DNA of 64,000 nucleotides, taken from positions 1-64,000 of the IMG/VR virus record IMGVR_UViG_3300021959_000011; one strand, written 5' to 3'. Source of the DNA: a virus. How positions within the stretch are numbered: position 1 is the first letter of the stretch; each line of letters begins with the position of its first letter. Made by a program: the position numbers and the translations under genes. Shown here one piece after another: positions 62,570 to 64,000 of this stretch. Under the pieces are notes generated by a model. That model searched no databases and had not been told where the DNA came from. It saw nothing but the letters and a program-made list of their open reading frames with translations.

Positions 62570-62739
62570 CTTTATATCATGAAAGTTTGGGGTCTCTCTA
62601 CCAAACAAATTTTTCTCTTATGCAATATCATAAATATAGTTTAACAGAACTAGAAAATATGATTCCTTGGGAACGTGAAATATATGTATCGTTATTAGTT
62701 AACTATTTGCGTGAACAAGAACAGAAACAAAAAGGCTAG
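62539..62739 (+). CDS. gp51: Baseplate hub assembly catalyst gp51 reading frame (first ATG at 62620; possibly entered by -1 frameshift from gp26)
   Basis: Not in the ORF track. Translates ...RITLYHESLGSLYQTNFSLMQYHKYSLTELENMIPWEREIYVSLLVNYLREQEQKQKG*; frame open from 62539 to TAG at 62737-62739. Confidence 0.85.
   Translation: MKRYIGFFRITLYHESLGSLYQTNFSLMQYHKYSLTELENMIPWEREIYVSLLVNYLREQEQKQKG
62557..62563 (+). other. Candidate -1 slippery heptamer T TTT TTC
   Basis: X XXY YYZ pattern in the gp26 frame, one codon before its stop; the -1 frame is the gp51 frame. Confidence 0.55.
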
Positions 62740-62747
62740 AGGATAAT

Positions 62748-62996
62748 ATGGAAATGACAGAAAACAGAGATAATAAATATCAAAATTGGATCGATTTGGC
62801 AAAGGCCGTCGATTCGTGGAGAATCTTTCCAAGACTTTTTATTACGACATACATTTATTTACTGTATGCAGTAGTAAATTGGTTCATGACATTAGACACA
62901 CCAAATTTAGAACAATCTGGTTTGGTTAGTATCGTTGTCGGTGCCGGTGCTGCATGGTTTGGATTATATTTGGGTTCAAGTAAAAAGGCTGAATAA
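62748..62996 (+). CDS. Small two-TM membrane protein (holin-like, function uncertain)
   Basis: 82 aa; DSWRIFPRLF followed by two hydrophobic segments; GAGG RBS. Confidence 0.7.
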   Translation: MEMTENRDNKYQNWIDLAKAVDSWRIFPRLFITTYIYLLYAVVNWFMTLDTPNLEQSGLVSIVVGAGAAWFGLYLGSSKKAE

Positions 62997-64000
62997 TGGC
63001 AACTTTAGATTCCGTAATAGAAAATATTAATAGTTTTAATAATACAGGACAACTATCACAGGCACTAGAAAGTGTCTCTGATAGTTTAGAAACTGGTACT
63101 GGTGTCACTGCACTTGGTGAAATTTCACAACTCATCAAAACACAAGGTGATATGTCTGTTAAGGAATTAAAACGTTCAAGAGAAGATTTAGCATCTCTTA
63201 AAGATAAAGTATTAACATCTGATAGAATTGCAGAAAAAGATAGAAGTAATATTCTAACTCTTATTCAAAATCAAGAAGATGTAATTAATCAAAATACTAC
63301 ATTATCAAAAAGAGCTGCAGAGTTTGTCCAAGAAAATATTAAAGAAAAAATACCAGACATTGCTGGTGTTGCAGCAGGGGTACTTTCGGAGAGTCCAGCG
63401 GCCGCTCTTGGTGTTAAGTTTATTGGTGATAAAATCCAAGAGAGTAGAGAAAGAAAAAGAAAAGAAAGAGAAGAAAGAGCTGCAAGATTGCAGAGAATTG
63501 CAGACGAAGAAGATAGGCATAATAGAGAATTAGAAGTACTACGTGGACAAATAACTAACGAAGAAACTCTTTCTAAAGTCAATATGACTCAACAGGAAGC
63601 TGCAGATATTGCAAAACAAAATGGGATGGATTATCAAGATTATATCAATGACTTAAAAAATCAATTGATTGAACAATCCAAACTACAGAAACAACAAAAA
63701 GATGTTCAAGAAGCAAAATTAAAAGAAACTGAAGAACTAAAAGATAAATTTGGTTTTGATCAAAGTGGGGCCCCAGTAACAGAAAGTCCTATTGGGCCTG
63801 GCAATCCATCTACCCCATCAGAACCACTAGAAACATTATCTGATGGTGGTGGCGAACCATACCTTGCAGAAATTAGAGACTTGTTAAAATTTATGTCAAG
63901 TCCAGATACAGTGACTCCATTTGACATAGAAAATAGTAGAGAAGAACGTAGATTTCAAAAAGATTTGGCCGCAAAAGAAGAGGCAGTAATTGAACAATTA
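62996..64000 (+). CDS. Probable tape measure / gp29-like protein, N-terminal 335 aa, truncated by the window edge
   Basis: Not in the ORF track. ATG overlaps the previous stop (TAATG); MATLDSVIENINSF... stays open to 64000; coiled-coil-rich; located after gp26/gp51. Confidence 0.65.
   Translation, partial: MATLDSVIENINSFNNTGQLSQALESVSDSLETGTGVTALGEISQLIKTQGDMSVKELKRSREDLASLKDKVLTSDRIAEKDRSNILTLIQNQEDVINQNTTLSKRAAEFVQENIKEKIPDIAGVAAGVLSESPAAALGVKFIGDKIQESRERKRKEREERAARLQRIADEEDRHNRELEVLRGQITNEETLSKVNMTQQEAADIAKQNGMDYQDYINDLKNQLIEQSKLQKQQKDVQEAKLKETEELKDKFGFDQSGAPVTESPIGPGNPSTPSEPLETLSDGGGEPYLAEIRDLLKFMSSPDTVTPFDIENSREERRFQKDLAAKEEAVIEQL

Noticed and set aside
18995-62739. Bacterial T6SS or extracellular contractile injection system locus
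   Set aside because: gp2 and gp4 (head/DNA functions), T4-type late promoters and T4-like gene order indicate a lytic phage; no T6SS membrane complex or host genes
62926-63582. Short ORFs at the right end
   Set aside because: They overlap the long open plus-strand frame starting at 62996, which the track omitted because it has no stop in the window
1-64000. Stop-codon reassignment, introns, inteins, tRNAs
   Set aside because: Genes are full-length under the standard code and TAA, TAG and TGA all end genes; intergenic gaps are under ~90 bp; no intein motifs noticed

Overview
The whole window is a gene-dense, AT-rich segment of a large T4-like myovirus genome. Gene content resembles marine cyanophage/pelagiphage-type phages, but the host cannot be determined from this window. 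It holds the tail/baseplate morphogenesis region. From 59751 leftwards on the minus strand lie gp48, gp53, a gp27-like hub, two tandem gp5 paralogs (one with a GH24 lysozyme, one without), gp25, gp6, gp7-like, gp8 and a VrlC/DUF4815-type protein. These are followed by about 38 kb of accessory virion genes: fibres, lectin-domain proteins, two four-member paralog families, an acidic 14-aa repeat protein and a PAAR protein fused to an NlpC/P60-like hydrolase. From 59808 rightwards on the plus strand lie gp4, gp2, gp54-like, gp26, gp51, a small membrane protein and the start of a probable tape measure gene. T4-type late promoters (TATAAATA/CATAAATA) precede most transcription units. The most notable observations are: (1) a candidate programmed -1 frameshift (T TTT TTC) fusing gp26 to a start-less gp51 ORF near the tape measure gene; (2) a T6SS-style PAAR-peptidoglycan hydrolase fusion plus duplicated gp5 spikes; (3) four paralogous scaffold-plus-insertion structural proteins, each with its own late promoter; (4) four fibre-like proteins sharing an N-terminal MADSNL domain; (5) a candidate type-1 copper site in a fibre. 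All family assignments come from motif recognition by eye; no searches were run.
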